From NCBI GenBank assembly GCA_014727915.1, contig WJMO01000005.1, positions 256,001-320,000 of the forward strand: a stretch of DNA of 64,000 bases. The letters run 5' to 3'. The notes under the pieces are model-generated. The model was not told the origin of the DNA. It did no database searches and worked only from the letters and a program-made list of their open reading frames with translations. This DNA is from Candidatus Altiarchaeales archaeon. Its GTDB lineage: Archaea; Altiarchaeota; Altiarchaeia; IMC4; SCGC-AAA252-I15. Below are positions 1 through 10,093 of the stretch, one piece after another. A program made the position numbers and the translations under genes. Within the stretch, counting starts at the first letter, position 1, and each line of letters starts with the position of its first letter.

Positions 1-1
1 G

Positions 2-319
2 TCCATCGAATACGCGGCGACCAAGCTGAAGAAACACAACCTGAGCCAGATGCCCGTATTCGACGGCGACAAGGCCATAGGATCGTTCTCCGAGAAAGTC
101 GTATTAGGCCTCATATCCAAGGGCGCCGACGCCAAGACATTCTCCAAGGAAGAGGTGGGCGAACACATGGAGGAATCATTCCCGACGGTCAAACCTGAGA
201 CTCCCCTGAGCGTGGTCTCAGCCCTCCTGGAGCATAACACAGCCGTGGTAGTGCAGGAGCAGGGAAAGAACATTGGAATAATAACTAAAGCCGACCTATT
301 GAAGGTCGTCCACAAATAG
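2..319 (+). CDS. CBS-domain protein (5'-truncated at the window edge)
   Basis: Open frame from position 2 (SIEYAATKLKKHNLSQMPVFDG...). CBS motifs SQMPV and GIITKADLL. Confidence 0.85.
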   Translation, partial: SIEYAATKLKKHNLSQMPVFDGDKAIGSFSEKVVLGLISKGADAKTFSKEEVGEHMEESFPTVKPETPLSVVSALLEHNTAVVVQEQGKNIGIITKADLLKVVHK

Positions 320-328
320 AAGCGAAAC

Positions 329-1024
329 CTAGCTGAATGCGACGTGTAACTGGTCCAACTCCCGGGCGAGCATCCTCAACTCAGCAGTCACCTCACTTGG
401 CAGGTCGTACATGAGCAGATTGCCTATCCTGCTCTTGATCCTATGGTGCAAGTTGCTAGTGTCCCCGCCGTTGCCCTCGTAGTGGACTGGCGGCTGTTCC
501 CTCTTCCCGTTGCCCTCCACCCTGGATTCGATCCAATTTAGGCTCCTCTCGATGCTGGCCTTCTTCCGGTCGGGCAGGTTGTCTGCTATGCCCTTCACCC
601 AGTTGCCTCCCGAAGACTTCTTCTGCGTGGGCTTATCCCGGTTCTCCATGTCGCTGATGAGCCGGTTGAAAAAACCGTTACCCCCCGAACTCCCATTGCC
701 CCCCGACGAAGATGACTTGCTGAACAGGTTCATCGTGCTCTGAGTCCGCCCGTTGGCAGATTCGCTCTGCTTCCTGACATGCCTGACTCTCCTGGGCTCC
801 TCGGCGGGCATGGCCATCCGGAGCTCGTCCGAGAACTGCTTCTCCCTCGCATACTCCCGGTCCATCTGCTTGCTGGATAAAACGACGGTCTCGTTCTCAT
901 AGTGTATGCCTCGCTTGTCACCGTAGACCTGCCTGCAAGCCAACTCGTTAGAAACCTTCTCCATAACCCCCTTACTCCAGGGGCCAGACCTTGTCCTTGT
1001 GCTGGTACAGCCGTTTATCCTCAT
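329..1024 (-). CDS. Hypothetical protein, largely low-complexity/disordered with a helical C-terminus
   Basis: 231-aa ORF filling the gap between genes; Ser/Gly/Asn-rich; no recognisable motif. Confidence 0.6.
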   Translation of the reverse strand: MRINGCTSTRTRSGPWSKGVMEKVSNELACRQVYGDKRGIHYENETVVLSSKQMDREYAREKQFSDELRMAMPAEEPRRVRHVRKQSESANGRTQSTMNLFSKSSSSGGNGSSGGNGFFNRLISDMENRDKPTQKKSSGGNWVKGIADNLPDRKKASIERSLNWIESRVEGNGKREQPPVHYEGNGGDTSNLHHRIKSRIGNLLMYDLPSEVTAELRMLARELDQLHVAFS

Positions 1025-1242
1025 GGAAAGTCACCAAACAGATTTGCTGCCAGCCAACCAAGTAGTTAATTATGCAAACCTGCATTAAAAAACCTTTCGG
1101 TTATTCTCACTGGTTTCTTTGTAGAAATATTGGGCTTTTCGGCTTTTTCCGGATTTTCCTGCGGTATCCTCCTTTTCCGGCCTTCTGTGTTTTCCATGGT
1201 CTTTTTTAATGGGGCTGCCACTATTAATGTGACTGTAGGAAC

Positions 1243-3141
1243 ATGGCTTCGGTCGCTGAGAAGATACTGTCCACACATGTTGTGGGAGAGGAGGACGGCG
1301 AGATAGCAGTCCGAATAGACCAGACTCTCACCCAGGACGCGACGGGGACGATGGCCTTCCTCCAGTTCGAAGCCCTTGACCTCCCAAAGGTCAGGACCGA
1401 GCTGAGCGTCTCCTACGTAGACCATAACACTTTGCAGACGGAGACGTTGAACGCCGACGACCACCGGTACCTGCAGACTGCAGCCTCGAAGTATGGGGTG
1501 CTGTTCAGCAGGCCCGGCAACGGCATATGCCACCAGGTCCACCTGGAACGCTTCGCGAAACCCGGCAGGACACTCCTGGGATCGGACAGCCACACACCCA
1601 CCTCCGGGGGCATGGGAATGCTGGCGGTCGGCGCGGGAGGTCTGGACGTGGCACTGGCTATGGCAGGCCACCCCTTCTGGATGAAAAAGCCGAAGATAGT
1701 CGGCGTCGAACTCACAGGAGAACTCAAACCCTGGGTGTCAGCCAAAGATGTCATACTCGAGATACTACGTCGTAAGGGGGTAAAAGGAGGAGTCGGAAAG
1801 ATATTAGAATACCATGGTGAAGGTGTAGAAACGCTATCCGTCCCTGATCGGGCGACAATATCCAACATGGGAGCCGAGATGGGAGCCACAACCTCGTTGT
1901 TCCCCAGCGACAAGGTGACAAAGTCCTTCCTCGCATCCCAGGACAGGGAATCCGACTGGGCCGAGCTCAAAGCCGACGGCGAAAGCGGATACGATGAGAA
2001 ACTCCACCTGGACCTTTCCTCCGTCGAGCCAATGGTCGCCAAACCCCACAGCCCAGATAACGTCTTCAAAGTCTCCGACGAAGCCGGACTGAAGGTTGAC
2101 CAAGTATGCATCGGCTCATGCACCAACAGCAGCCTGAAAGACCTGATGATGGCCGCCCAGCTGCTCGATGGCAGGACGGTTCACCCTGACGTGAGCCTCA
2201 CAATATCGCCTGGTTCGAAGCAGGTTTTGAAGATGCTGTCAGAGAGCGGGCACCTGACCAAGCTGATAGACTCGGGGGCGAGGATACTCGAATGCGCATG
2301 CGGCCCATGCATAGGGATGGGGCAGAGCCCCAAGTTCAAGAGCGTGTCGGTGAGGACGTTCAACCGCAACTTCCAGGGAAGGAGCGGAACCGAGGACGCA
2401 GGCATATACCTTACCGGTGTTGAGGCGGCAGTCGCAGCCGCCATAAAAGGAGAGCTCACAGACCCCCTGGAACTAGGCGAATACCCCGACATAAAACTGC
2501 CCGGCATGTTCTCGGTCGATGACTCGATGATAATCCGGCCCACAGGCGGGGAGATCATTCGCGGGAACAACATAAAACCCCTATGCCTCAACCGCCCATT
2601 GTCCGACAAGATAAAGGGCGACGTTCTCATCAAGGTCGGCGACAACATATCCACAGACCACATACTCCCTGCAGGCTCCAAATGCCTCCCCCTCCGGAGC
2701 AACATACCCGCCATAAGCGAGTACGTCTTCCACAGCATAGACAAGAAATTCCCCAAGCGCGCCAAGAAAAAGAAGGGCGGATTCATCGTTGCGGGCAGCA
2801 ACTACGGCCAGGGCAGCTCACGAGAGCACGCCGCACTGGCCCCAATGTACCTCGGGGTCAAGGCCGTGCTAGCCAAGTCATTCGCCCGCATACACCGGTC
2901 CAACCTGATAAACTTCGGCATACTGCCCCTGGAGTTCAACGACCCCAGCGACTACGACGACCTCGAAAGGGGAGACGAGATCGCCATAAAGGGCCTGAGG
3001 GAGTGCCTCGCCAGGGGCGACGGAGAGCTGAAGGTCAAAGCCGACGACGAGAAGATAAAAGTCACATCAGACCTTACCCGCAGGCAGAGGGAGATAATAC
3101 TCGCCGGCGGACTGCTGAACTACGCGAGGGAAAATGCATAA
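1243..3141 (+). CDS. Aconitate hydratase (single-chain aconitase family)
   Basis: QDATG, DHN, GICHQVH, GSDSHT, IGSCTN, CGPCIGMG, NRNF, STDHI and NYGQGSSREHA motifs; large and swivel domains fused. Confidence 0.93.
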   Translation: MASVAEKILSTHVVGEEDGEIAVRIDQTLTQDATGTMAFLQFEALDLPKVRTELSVSYVDHNTLQTETLNADDHRYLQTAASKYGVLFSRPGNGICHQVHLERFAKPGRTLLGSDSHTPTSGGMGMLAVGAGGLDVALAMAGHPFWMKKPKIVGVELTGELKPWVSAKDVILEILRRKGVKGGVGKILEYHGEGVETLSVPDRATISNMGAEMGATTSLFPSDKVTKSFLASQDRESDWAELKADGESGYDEKLHLDLSSVEPMVAKPHSPDNVFKVSDEAGLKVDQVCIGSCTNSSLKDLMMAAQLLDGRTVHPDVSLTISPGSKQVLKMLSESGHLTKLIDSGARILECACGPCIGMGQSPKFKSVSVRTFNRNFQGRSGTEDAGIYLTGVEAAVAAAIKGELTDPLELGEYPDIKLPGMFSVDDSMIIRPTGGEIIRGNNIKPLCLNRPLSDKIKGDVLIKVGDNISTDHILPAGSKCLPLRSNIPAISEYVFHSIDKKFPKRAKKKKGGFIVAGSNYGQGSSREHAALAPMYLGVKAVLAKSFARIHRSNLINFGILPLEFNDPSDYDDLERGDEIAIKGLRECLARGDGELKVKADDEKIKVTSDLTRRQREIILAGGLLNYARENA

Positions 3142-4189
3142 CATAACTTTGATAACAGGTGACGGTATCGGCCCGGAGGTCGCTGAGGCGGCCCGAAAGT
3201 GCGTAGACGCGACAGGAGTGCAGGTGGACTGGGACGTTCAACCCGCAGGATTGGAAGTACACGAGAAATCCGGCGATCCCTTGCCGAATTCGGTCTTCGA
3301 TTCCATACGCAAGAACAGGACTGCATTGAAGGCCCCCACGACAACACCTTTGGGTTCAGGATACCGCAGCGTCAACGTCAGGTTGCGGCATGAGCTTGAC
3401 CTATATGTGAACATGCGCCCCGCCAGGACACTGCCCGGCACATCAGGCGTAGAAGGTGTGGACTTGGTGGTGTTCAGGGAGAACTCTGAAGGTGCATACA
3501 CTGGAGTCGAGTTCAGCCGAGGCGAGGAAGAAACCAGGGACTTCATAGGCTACGTGAGCGAACACAAGGGCTTCAAGTTCAAGGACGACTCGGCGTTCTC
3601 CATAAAGTCCATCTCATACTCCGGGTCCAAGCGGATAATCGAAAGGGCATTCGAATACGCGGTAAAGTCCGGCAGGCATAAGGTCACATCCTCCACCAAG
3701 TCCAATGTTATGAAGGCCACTGACGGCCTGTTCCTGAAGGTCGCGGGAGAGATCGCGAGAAGATATGAAATCGAACATGAGCACATCCTCGCAGACGCAC
3801 TCTGCATGCTACTGGTGATGAAACCCAGGGAATTCGACGTCCTCGTCATGCCCAACCTCTACGGCGACATAGTATCGGAGATAGCCGCAGGGTTGACCGG
3901 GGGCATCGGCCTCGCGCCCGGAGCCAACATAGGAGACGAGTACGCAGTCTTCGAGGCCATACACGGGTCAGCCCCGGACATCGCAGGCAGGGGAATAGCC
4001 AACCCCACAGCGTTGATACTCTCCGCCTGCTTGATGCTCGACCACCTCGGAGAACACAAGGCCGCGTCAGACCTGAGAAAAGCCGTTGAAGATGTCATAG
4101 AAGAGGGAAGGCACGTAACCCCGGACTTGAAACCTAAATCGAAGACCACAACAGACCAGATGGCAAACGCCATAATCGAAAGAATATGA
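3134..4189 (+). CDS. Isocitrate/isopropylmalate dehydrogenase family protein
   Basis: GDGIGPEV, RENSEG, KSNVMK, NLYGDIVS and EAIHGSAPDIAG motifs; overlaps the aconitase stop codon. Confidence 0.93.
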   Translation: MHNITLITGDGIGPEVAEAARKCVDATGVQVDWDVQPAGLEVHEKSGDPLPNSVFDSIRKNRTALKAPTTTPLGSGYRSVNVRLRHELDLYVNMRPARTLPGTSGVEGVDLVVFRENSEGAYTGVEFSRGEEETRDFIGYVSEHKGFKFKDDSAFSIKSISYSGSKRIIERAFEYAVKSGRHKVTSSTKSNVMKATDGLFLKVAGEIARRYEIEHEHILADALCMLLVMKPREFDVLVMPNLYGDIVSEIAAGLTGGIGLAPGANIGDEYAVFEAIHGSAPDIAGRGIANPTALILSACLMLDHLGEHKAASDLRKAVEDVIEEGRHVTPDLKPKSKTTTDQMANAIIERI

Positions 4190-4192
4190 AAC

Positions 4193-4396
4193 ATGCCGAC
4201 TTTTAAGGGCTTCGGTGAATACTATACCATGGGCGACTACGACGGAGAAATCTACCGGAGCATGAACGACATCTACGGGGAAGTGAACAACATGCGGATG
4301 ACCATACAAACGTTGAACGAGACCATGAAGGAAGTCGCAATGGAGATAAAAGCCCTCCGAGACGACCTGAAACAGCAGAGGAACAGCCCCATCTAG
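4193..4396 (+). CDS. Small coiled-coil hypothetical protein
   Basis: 67-aa ORF starting 3 bp after the dehydrogenase stop; heptad pattern. Confidence 0.6.
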   Translation: MPTFKGFGEYYTMGDYDGEIYRSMNDIYGEVNNMRMTIQTLNETMKEVAMEIKALRDDLKQQRNSPI

Positions 4397-4560
4397 GCAC
4401 TTTCCCCGTGGCGTTTTTTTATCTCAGCCAATTCCCCCTTAGACGGCAGATCAGCCCCAAGGTATTCTATCACCTCCTGCCTCACATCATTGCCTTCCCT
4501 GACGCTCCTTACCAGATAATAGTACTCTCTACCCTTGACCCTCTTCTTCCGGACAAACAT
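4393..4560 (-). CDS. 55-aa basic beta-sheet protein resembling the N-terminal domain of IS1634 transposases/Fic proteins (not in the ORF track)
   Basis: Manual translation gives MFVRKKRVKGREYYYLVRSVREGNDVRQEVIEYLGADLPSKGELAEIKKRHGESA*. ATG lies 9 bp after the proC stop. Confidence 0.8.
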   Translation of the reverse strand: MFVRKKRVKGREYYYLVRSVREGNDVRQEVIEYLGADLPSKGELAEIKKRHGESA

Positions 4561-4569
4561 GCTAAAAAC

Positions 4570-5355
4570 CTACTTGCCGAGCTTTTTTGACTTTAGCGTG
4601 GCTGCGTGAACCGCGTCCACTAGGGATTTCCCGACTTTGAGCGCTTCCAGCTTCTTCAAACCCTCCTCTGTCGTTCCCCCAGGGCTCTTGACCTCGTCTA
4701 TCAGCTCTTCAGGCGACTTCTTCGTGGTTATGACCATGTCGACAGAGCCCCTAATGGTCTGCAAAACAAGATTGTGGGATGTCTTCTCGTCCAAACCCTC
4801 CTTGACCCCCGCTTCAGTAAGCGCTCTTATTATGTAGTAAACGTATGCGGGGCCTGAACCGCTCAAACCCGTTACTGCGTCCATGTGCTTCTCCTCCACC
4901 TTGAATGCGATGCCTATGGAATTCAACAGGCTGCCCACGAGCACAGAATCCTCCTCCCCAGCCCTCTTACCCAGGCAGTATGCAGCCGCCAGCTCATATA
5001 TGACGGCGGGAGTGTTGGGCATAACCCTAATCACCCGGGCTTCCTTCAGCCGCTTCTCTATAGCCTTTGTCTTTACGCCCGCGGCTATCGATACTATGAG
5101 CCGGCTGCCCGCAATGTCCTCTATCTCATCCAAAACGTCCTCCATGTCCTTCGGCTTGACGCAGAGGAAGACGACATCGGATTCCTGCACCACTTCAAAC
5201 GCGCTGTACTTGGAAGCGACCCCCGCCTTCTCCAGAGCGTCCGGGTCCTTGTCGTATGCTAGAACGTTCGACGGTTCGATAAGCCCCCTGCTGATGAAAC
5301 CCTTCAAAAGGGCTGATCCCATCCTCCCTACCCCCACGAAACCGAACCGTGTCAT
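4570..5355 (-). CDS. proC: Pyrroline-5-carboxylate reductase
   Basis: GFVGVGRMG, SIAAGV, RVMPNTP, TGLSGSGPAY and SPGGTT motifs. Start moved to MTRFGF. Confidence 0.95.
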   Translation of the reverse strand: MTRFGFVGVGRMGSALLKGFISRGLIEPSNVLAYDKDPDALEKAGVASKYSAFEVVQESDVVFLCVKPKDMEDVLDEIEDIAGSRLIVSIAAGVKTKAIEKRLKEARVIRVMPNTPAVIYELAAAYCLGKRAGEEDSVLVGSLLNSIGIAFKVEEKHMDAVTGLSGSGPAYVYYIIRALTEAGVKEGLDEKTSHNLVLQTIRGSVDMVITTKKSPEELIDEVKSPGGTTEEGLKKLEALKVGKSLVDAVHAATLKSKKLGK

Positions 5356-5470
5356 GATGTACACCCATGGGATTATGGAATAAAAAAACAGTTGTTCACC
5401 CCTGTTCACTTACGTCCATAGGAAACCTTATATGGGGTTCATGTGTGGTATCCTGTGAGGTGATATTGCA

Positions 5471-6727
5471 ATGAAAAAAACAACGACACTTTTCGTATTG
5501 GCTTTGCTGGCCACCACCGCGTGGGCGGCAAACGACCTGGCCGCGTCCACTGGCAGGCCAGCATTCGCTTCGGCGAAGGCCGTGGCAGAACCTGACATAG
5601 CCCTGTATAGGCCATATGACCAGGTGAAAGTGAAAATAGACCCTAGTAGAAAATATGTGAAAAACGGAGAAACCGCAGTGTACTATATCACACTGGCTGA
5701 CAACCACCCAAGACCAATATGTGCCTTGGAGGAAGAATATGATGTATCATGTCCAGTTCCACTGCACACATATAAAATATACGTAAATGGTCTTCCATTC
5801 GAAATTGAATACCCCGAGGAGGTAGAGGTGCCGGCGGGAGATGCCAGGGAGTTCAAACTGGTCGTGGACACCGGAGCACCAGTAGTAGAGGCTGAGATTG
5901 CTCTTGAGTCCGTTGAAGCCCATGTGGCAGATGACGGCGAGACGGTATCCGGCTCCGTTGGAGCTTCGAACCCAACACAGAAGATACTGGTCGGGAAACC
6001 CTATTATTTCAGGGTTTCAGCAAAATCCGATGACGCCTACGGGGCGGGCAAGGCAGTCCTTTACGTGGGAAGGAACATAATACCCCCCACACCAGGCGAT
6101 GAAGTGGATGTGAAGCTATACAAAGGATGGAACATAGTAAGCCTGCCTGGCATAGGCAAGGTAGTGAAGGCTCCGACACCAGAACCCTACGTTGATGGTT
6201 CAGTGCCTGAATCATACGAATATGACTACTCAGACGCTGAGGTCTCAGTGGAAGATGTGGAGTCACTGCCTGAACGACACCCTAGGATGTACTTCTTCAT
6301 CTACTTGAAGGACGAGAACAGGTATGCCACGTTCGCCGAAGCTGTAAGGCTCATGGGTAGATTGGAGTTCCGCAGGTACCTGCAGCACAACGCCTTCTGG
6401 GTGTACACGCCATCGGACGAGGTGCTTTCCTTCAGGGTGTCCCGGTTCACGAGTTACAACGGGATGCCAGTGGGGGAGGGCTGGAACTTCATACCCGTAA
6501 CCAGGGACATGAACGGTGTGTCATTGGATGATGTCAGCGGCACCTGCGACTTCCAGAGGCTGTACATGTGGGACAAGCAAGACCAGCAATGGTACAAGAT
6601 CGATGGAAGCCATGTTTTCAGCAGCAGGGAGCTATACACGGGTATAGTCGCAAGCGCCGAGGAGGACTGCAAGCTCGGCAAAAAATACGCGGAACCGGAC
6701 ATTGAGCCTCCGTCACTCCCAGACTAA
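5471..6727 (+). CDS. Secreted/surface protein with two LxxGWNxI-type repeats
   Basis: Sec signal MKKTTTLFVLALLATTAWA; repeats KLYKGWNIVSLP and VGEGWNFIPVT. Confidence 0.8.
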   Translation: MKKTTTLFVLALLATTAWAANDLAASTGRPAFASAKAVAEPDIALYRPYDQVKVKIDPSRKYVKNGETAVYYITLADNHPRPICALEEEYDVSCPVPLHTYKIYVNGLPFEIEYPEEVEVPAGDAREFKLVVDTGAPVVEAEIALESVEAHVADDGETVSGSVGASNPTQKILVGKPYYFRVSAKSDDAYGAGKAVLYVGRNIIPPTPGDEVDVKLYKGWNIVSLPGIGKVVKAPTPEPYVDGSVPESYEYDYSDAEVSVEDVESLPERHPRMYFFIYLKDENRYATFAEAVRLMGRLEFRRYLQHNAFWVYTPSDEVLSFRVSRFTSYNGMPVGEGWNFIPVTRDMNGVSLDDVSGTCDFQRLYMWDKQDQQWYKIDGSHVFSSRELYTGIVASAEEDCKLGKKYAEPDIEPPSLPD

Positions 6728-6744
6728 GCCAACAACCACCCACA

Positions 6745-6773
6745 GGGCCCCGCTTCCGATGGGGGCGGGGCTC
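6745..6773 (+). terminator. 13-bp GC-rich hairpin between convergent genes (possible terminator/RNA structure)
   Basis: GGGCCCCGCTTCC-GAT-GGGGGCGGGGCTC pairs fully on the + strand using G:U wobbles. Confidence 0.5.
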
Positions 6774-6778
6774 AACAC

Positions 6779-8068
6779 TCACTCCCACCTCTTCTTCAGC
6801 TTCCGGTGGGTGAACTTCTTCTTACGGTAGTCTTCGACGATGTGTCCGTCGCCTTTCAGGATCCACTTGTGTATCACGAGGCCTTCCATCCCGACTGGTC
6901 CGCGGGCGTGTATCTTGTTTGTGCTGATTCCGATCTCCGCTCCCAGGCCGTACCTGTACCCGTCGCTGAACCTGGTAGACGCGTTCCACATCACAGACGA
7001 GCTGTCAACCGAGTCTATGAATTTCCTGGCTGTATACTCGTCCTCTGTGACGATGGCGTCCGTATGTGCCGACCCGTACCTGTTGATGTTCTCTATCGCT
7101 TCATCAACTCCATTTACCGTCCGAACGTTCACTACGAGGTCGTTGTATTCTGTGCTCCAGTCTATGTCGCAGGCTTTCTGAATGTCTCCGAGCACCTTGC
7201 AGGCCTTCTCATCGCCTTTGGCGGTCACGCCTGCCTTACGATACTCCTCCCATATCCTGGGTAGGAACTCTCCGACGATTCTTTCGTCCACTAGCAGGGT
7301 CTCCATAGCATTGCAGACTGCGGGATACTGGCATTTGGCATCGTAGGCGATCCTCAACGCCTTTTCCATGTCCGCCTCCCCGTCGACGTACACGTGGCAC
7401 ACACCGCTTGCATGGCCGAGGACTGGTATCCTCGTGTTCTCCTTTATGTACTTTACGAACTCGTTGCTTCCCCGGGGGACCAGAAGGCTTATGTACTCGT
7501 CCAGCTCCAGCATCTCCGTTACTTCCTCCCTGCTCTCCACCAGTTGTATCCAACCCTCCGGCATCCCAGACTCCTCTGTTGCCGCCTTCATCAGCCCGTA
7601 CAGCATCCTGTTGGTGTGCCGTGCCTCGCTCCCGCCTTTCATCATGACCGCGTTTCCGCTCTTCAGGCAGAGAGCGCCGACGTCCACCACAACGTTCGGC
7701 CTTGATTCGAATATGGCCCCTATGACCCCGATGGGAACCGTGATCTTGTATAGTTCAAGGTCTATGTCCAGTTCGATGGCGTATGTGGTCTCCCCCACGG
7801 GATCCTTCAGCTTCACCACGCTCTTCACACCCTCCACCATTGCTTCGACCTTCTCCTCGTTCAACTGCAGCCTCTTGTAGAGCGCCTCTCCGATCTCGTC
7901 CTTGGATTCCTCGCAGTCCCTGGCGTTTGCCTCCAGAATCTCCCCCTTACGGTCCCACAGGACCTTGGCCAAAGCCAACAGTGCCCTGTCCTTCTCGTCT
8001 GCTGACGTCTTGGCCAGTTCGAGGGATGCCCCCCTTGCCTGCCGCGCCTTTTCGATCGTGGTTGCCAT
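6779..8068 (-). CDS. proA: Gamma-glutamyl phosphate reductase
   Basis: IFESRPNV, LKSGNA, KGGSEA, PRGS, CNAMETLL, NASTRFSDG and HARGPVG motifs. Start at MATTIEK. Confidence 0.95.
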   Translation of the reverse strand: MATTIEKARQARGASLELAKTSADEKDRALLALAKVLWDRKGEILEANARDCEESKDEIGEALYKRLQLNEEKVEAMVEGVKSVVKLKDPVGETTYAIELDIDLELYKITVPIGVIGAIFESRPNVVVDVGALCLKSGNAVMMKGGSEARHTNRMLYGLMKAATEESGMPEGWIQLVESREEVTEMLELDEYISLLVPRGSNEFVKYIKENTRIPVLGHASGVCHVYVDGEADMEKALRIAYDAKCQYPAVCNAMETLLVDERIVGEFLPRIWEEYRKAGVTAKGDEKACKVLGDIQKACDIDWSTEYNDLVVNVRTVNGVDEAIENINRYGSAHTDAIVTEDEYTARKFIDSVDSSSVMWNASTRFSDGYRYGLGAEIGISTNKIHARGPVGMEGLVIHKWILKGDGHIVEDYRKKKFTHRKLKKRWE

Positions 8069-8218
8069 CTCAGGAAAGAATATGGAGAGCCCAAGATAAA
8101 AAACCCACGAATCACAAATAATCAATAAAAAAACACAAATAATTTCAAGTTTTTTAGATATTGTTTTGGTTTGTTACCCTGCGGGCCGGATATTAACTTC
8201 CGCATCCTAGTTCTTTTC

Positions 8219-9709
8219 ATGGGCCAGGCCGAATCGGAGAGGGGCAGATTCTACAGTGTGAAGCAGCCGCCACAGCATGGAGAGGCCGATCTGATAGAAC
8301 TTCGGACAGCGTCCCTCCCCAAGCCCATAAGCCAGACCCCTGAGGGTGTTATGAGGCCGTCCAACATCCTACTGATGGTGCCTGATGAATCCGGCGGCTC
8401 AAGGCTTTTCCTGGTGAGGGAATACATAAAGCGGGAGGGCGTTGACTTCCTGCCAGGGAAAGGCAAAAGCCCAAAGCTTAGAGTGGGTTCCGGCGAAGCT
8501 CCCCGTTTCGTGGCAGTGAGGGACAACAAGGCCTTTGTGATAGAGTTCGAAGAATACGGGATGGTCGAGGATGTCCCCCCTACAACCGGGCTGGAGAAGG
8601 GCCAGATCGGAGACCTGATTGAACTCCGGGACCATCTGGTGCCCATGATACGGCATATGAAGGAGGCGGTATCACATGCGGAAGCCCAGGGCTCAGGCTA
8701 CATACCATTCTACCCCTACGACCCGGAAGGCATCGAGGCAGTGCTCACACCCGCTCCCGTGGATAAGATGGCCGAGAAGGCGATGGGCCTGGACGTTATG
8801 TCCGCCAGCTACATCCGAAGGGAAGCCAACGGCTATGGGGTCAAAATACCCGGCCCCCTCCATGATTCGCTCCTTAAAAGGATGGGCGAAGGCAGGCTGA
8901 CCGACATAGAGGACAGGCGCGTGGCAGGAGCTCTCATGCCATGGGCTTTTGAGTTCATATGCCCGCTTGACGCGTCGACTATGAGCCACCACGACGCTGC
9001 AGGCCCCCTGTGGGCTTGCGCGGGCTTCGCTCAGGCCAGGGTTGAAGCTGGTGACAGGGGGGGAGCGGCAGAGTACATAAGCTCCGGCCTGAAGAATGCG
9101 ATAACAGTGCTGGAAAGGAGGCCTTGGGTGCAGTATGTGGGCAGGAGCTCCGGATTGGTTGAGAAGAACAGGCGGAACAGAAACTCTAACTACAGGCACG
9201 AGCTTGAACTCCTAGGAGAGAATGCCGACTCTGTGGCCGGCCTGCTCGCAAGGGGCCAAATGTGCAGGCAGACGGCATTGGAAGGCGGCCCCGGGCTCTA
9301 CACTGCATTCGACCGGTGGCTGCCGGTGTTCCTGATAGGCATGAACAACCATTTGAACGACAGCGGACTGCGCAGGTCCGCGTCCAACAGGGAGCACCAG
9401 ATACGGATGATCGCCGAGTCGGGAGGGGAAGACCAGATGACGGAGCAGAGCGCTGAGATGCTGAGGTCCGCGATCGCAGGCTACGCCAAGGCAGCCGGCT
9501 CAGCTGTCCGATGCAATGCCGGAGACTTGGAACTACAGGTGCAGTCGGCTGATGGACTGCTCAACTCCGCGCTAACATGGAGCAGCACCCTGGAGCACGC
9601 GACACAGCCCAGCACCGGATTATGGGTCAGCCCTCAGGAAGACTTCCTACAGATGACAGACCCCCAGAACATAAGGAGGGTGGTCGAAGCGCTCAACCAC
9701 CTTGTCTAG
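8219..9709 (+). CDS. Orphan hypothetical protein (~496 aa)
   Basis: Long ORF; ATG at 8219 follows an AT-rich intergenic region; no motif recognised. Confidence 0.75.
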   Translation: MGQAESERGRFYSVKQPPQHGEADLIELRTASLPKPISQTPEGVMRPSNILLMVPDESGGSRLFLVREYIKREGVDFLPGKGKSPKLRVGSGEAPRFVAVRDNKAFVIEFEEYGMVEDVPPTTGLEKGQIGDLIELRDHLVPMIRHMKEAVSHAEAQGSGYIPFYPYDPEGIEAVLTPAPVDKMAEKAMGLDVMSASYIRREANGYGVKIPGPLHDSLLKRMGEGRLTDIEDRRVAGALMPWAFEFICPLDASTMSHHDAAGPLWACAGFAQARVEAGDRGGAAEYISSGLKNAITVLERRPWVQYVGRSSGLVEKNRRNRNSNYRHELELLGENADSVAGLLARGQMCRQTALEGGPGLYTAFDRWLPVFLIGMNNHLNDSGLRRSASNREHQIRMIAESGGEDQMTEQSAEMLRSAIAGYAKAAGSAVRCNAGDLELQVQSADGLLNSALTWSSTLEHATQPSTGLWVSPQEDFLQMTDPQNIRRVVEALNHLV

Positions 9710-10026
9710 AGTTTGACGGGACGGTCCTGCTCGTATTTGACCCTGTTCTTCAACGCGGTCTCGGCCTTCCCGAGCTCATAGCCCAGATAGGCGGCGTGGT
9801 CTATCCGAGTTATCAGACTGTTGCCCAGTATGGTCCTGTAAAGTGTCTCAGCGTTGGTGCCCTTGAACACCTTGTTCAGCTTGCCGGAGACCGTCCGCCT
9901 CCGGGTTCCGACGTCCTTGACCACGTTAACATAGTGCTCGACCACGATGTTCCTCCTGGCGCCGTCAAGGTATATGTAGAAGAAGCCGCCACTGTCCTCT
10001 TTGAAATCCATGTACTTGCGGTCCAT
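9706..10026 (-). CDS. DUF4346-domain protein
   Basis: DSGGFFYIY and HAAYLGYELGKAETAL...YEQD signature. Confidence 0.85.
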   Translation of the reverse strand: MDRKYMDFKEDSGGFFYIYLDGARRNIVVEHYVNVVKDVGTRRRTVSGKLNKVFKGTNAETLYRTILGNSLITRIDHAAYLGYELGKAETALKNRVKYEQDRPVKL

Positions 10027-10093
10027 CCCACCTCAACCAAGAAAATAGAATGATTCACGATTTAAATAACATCCCTTCGATGGTATTGGTATC

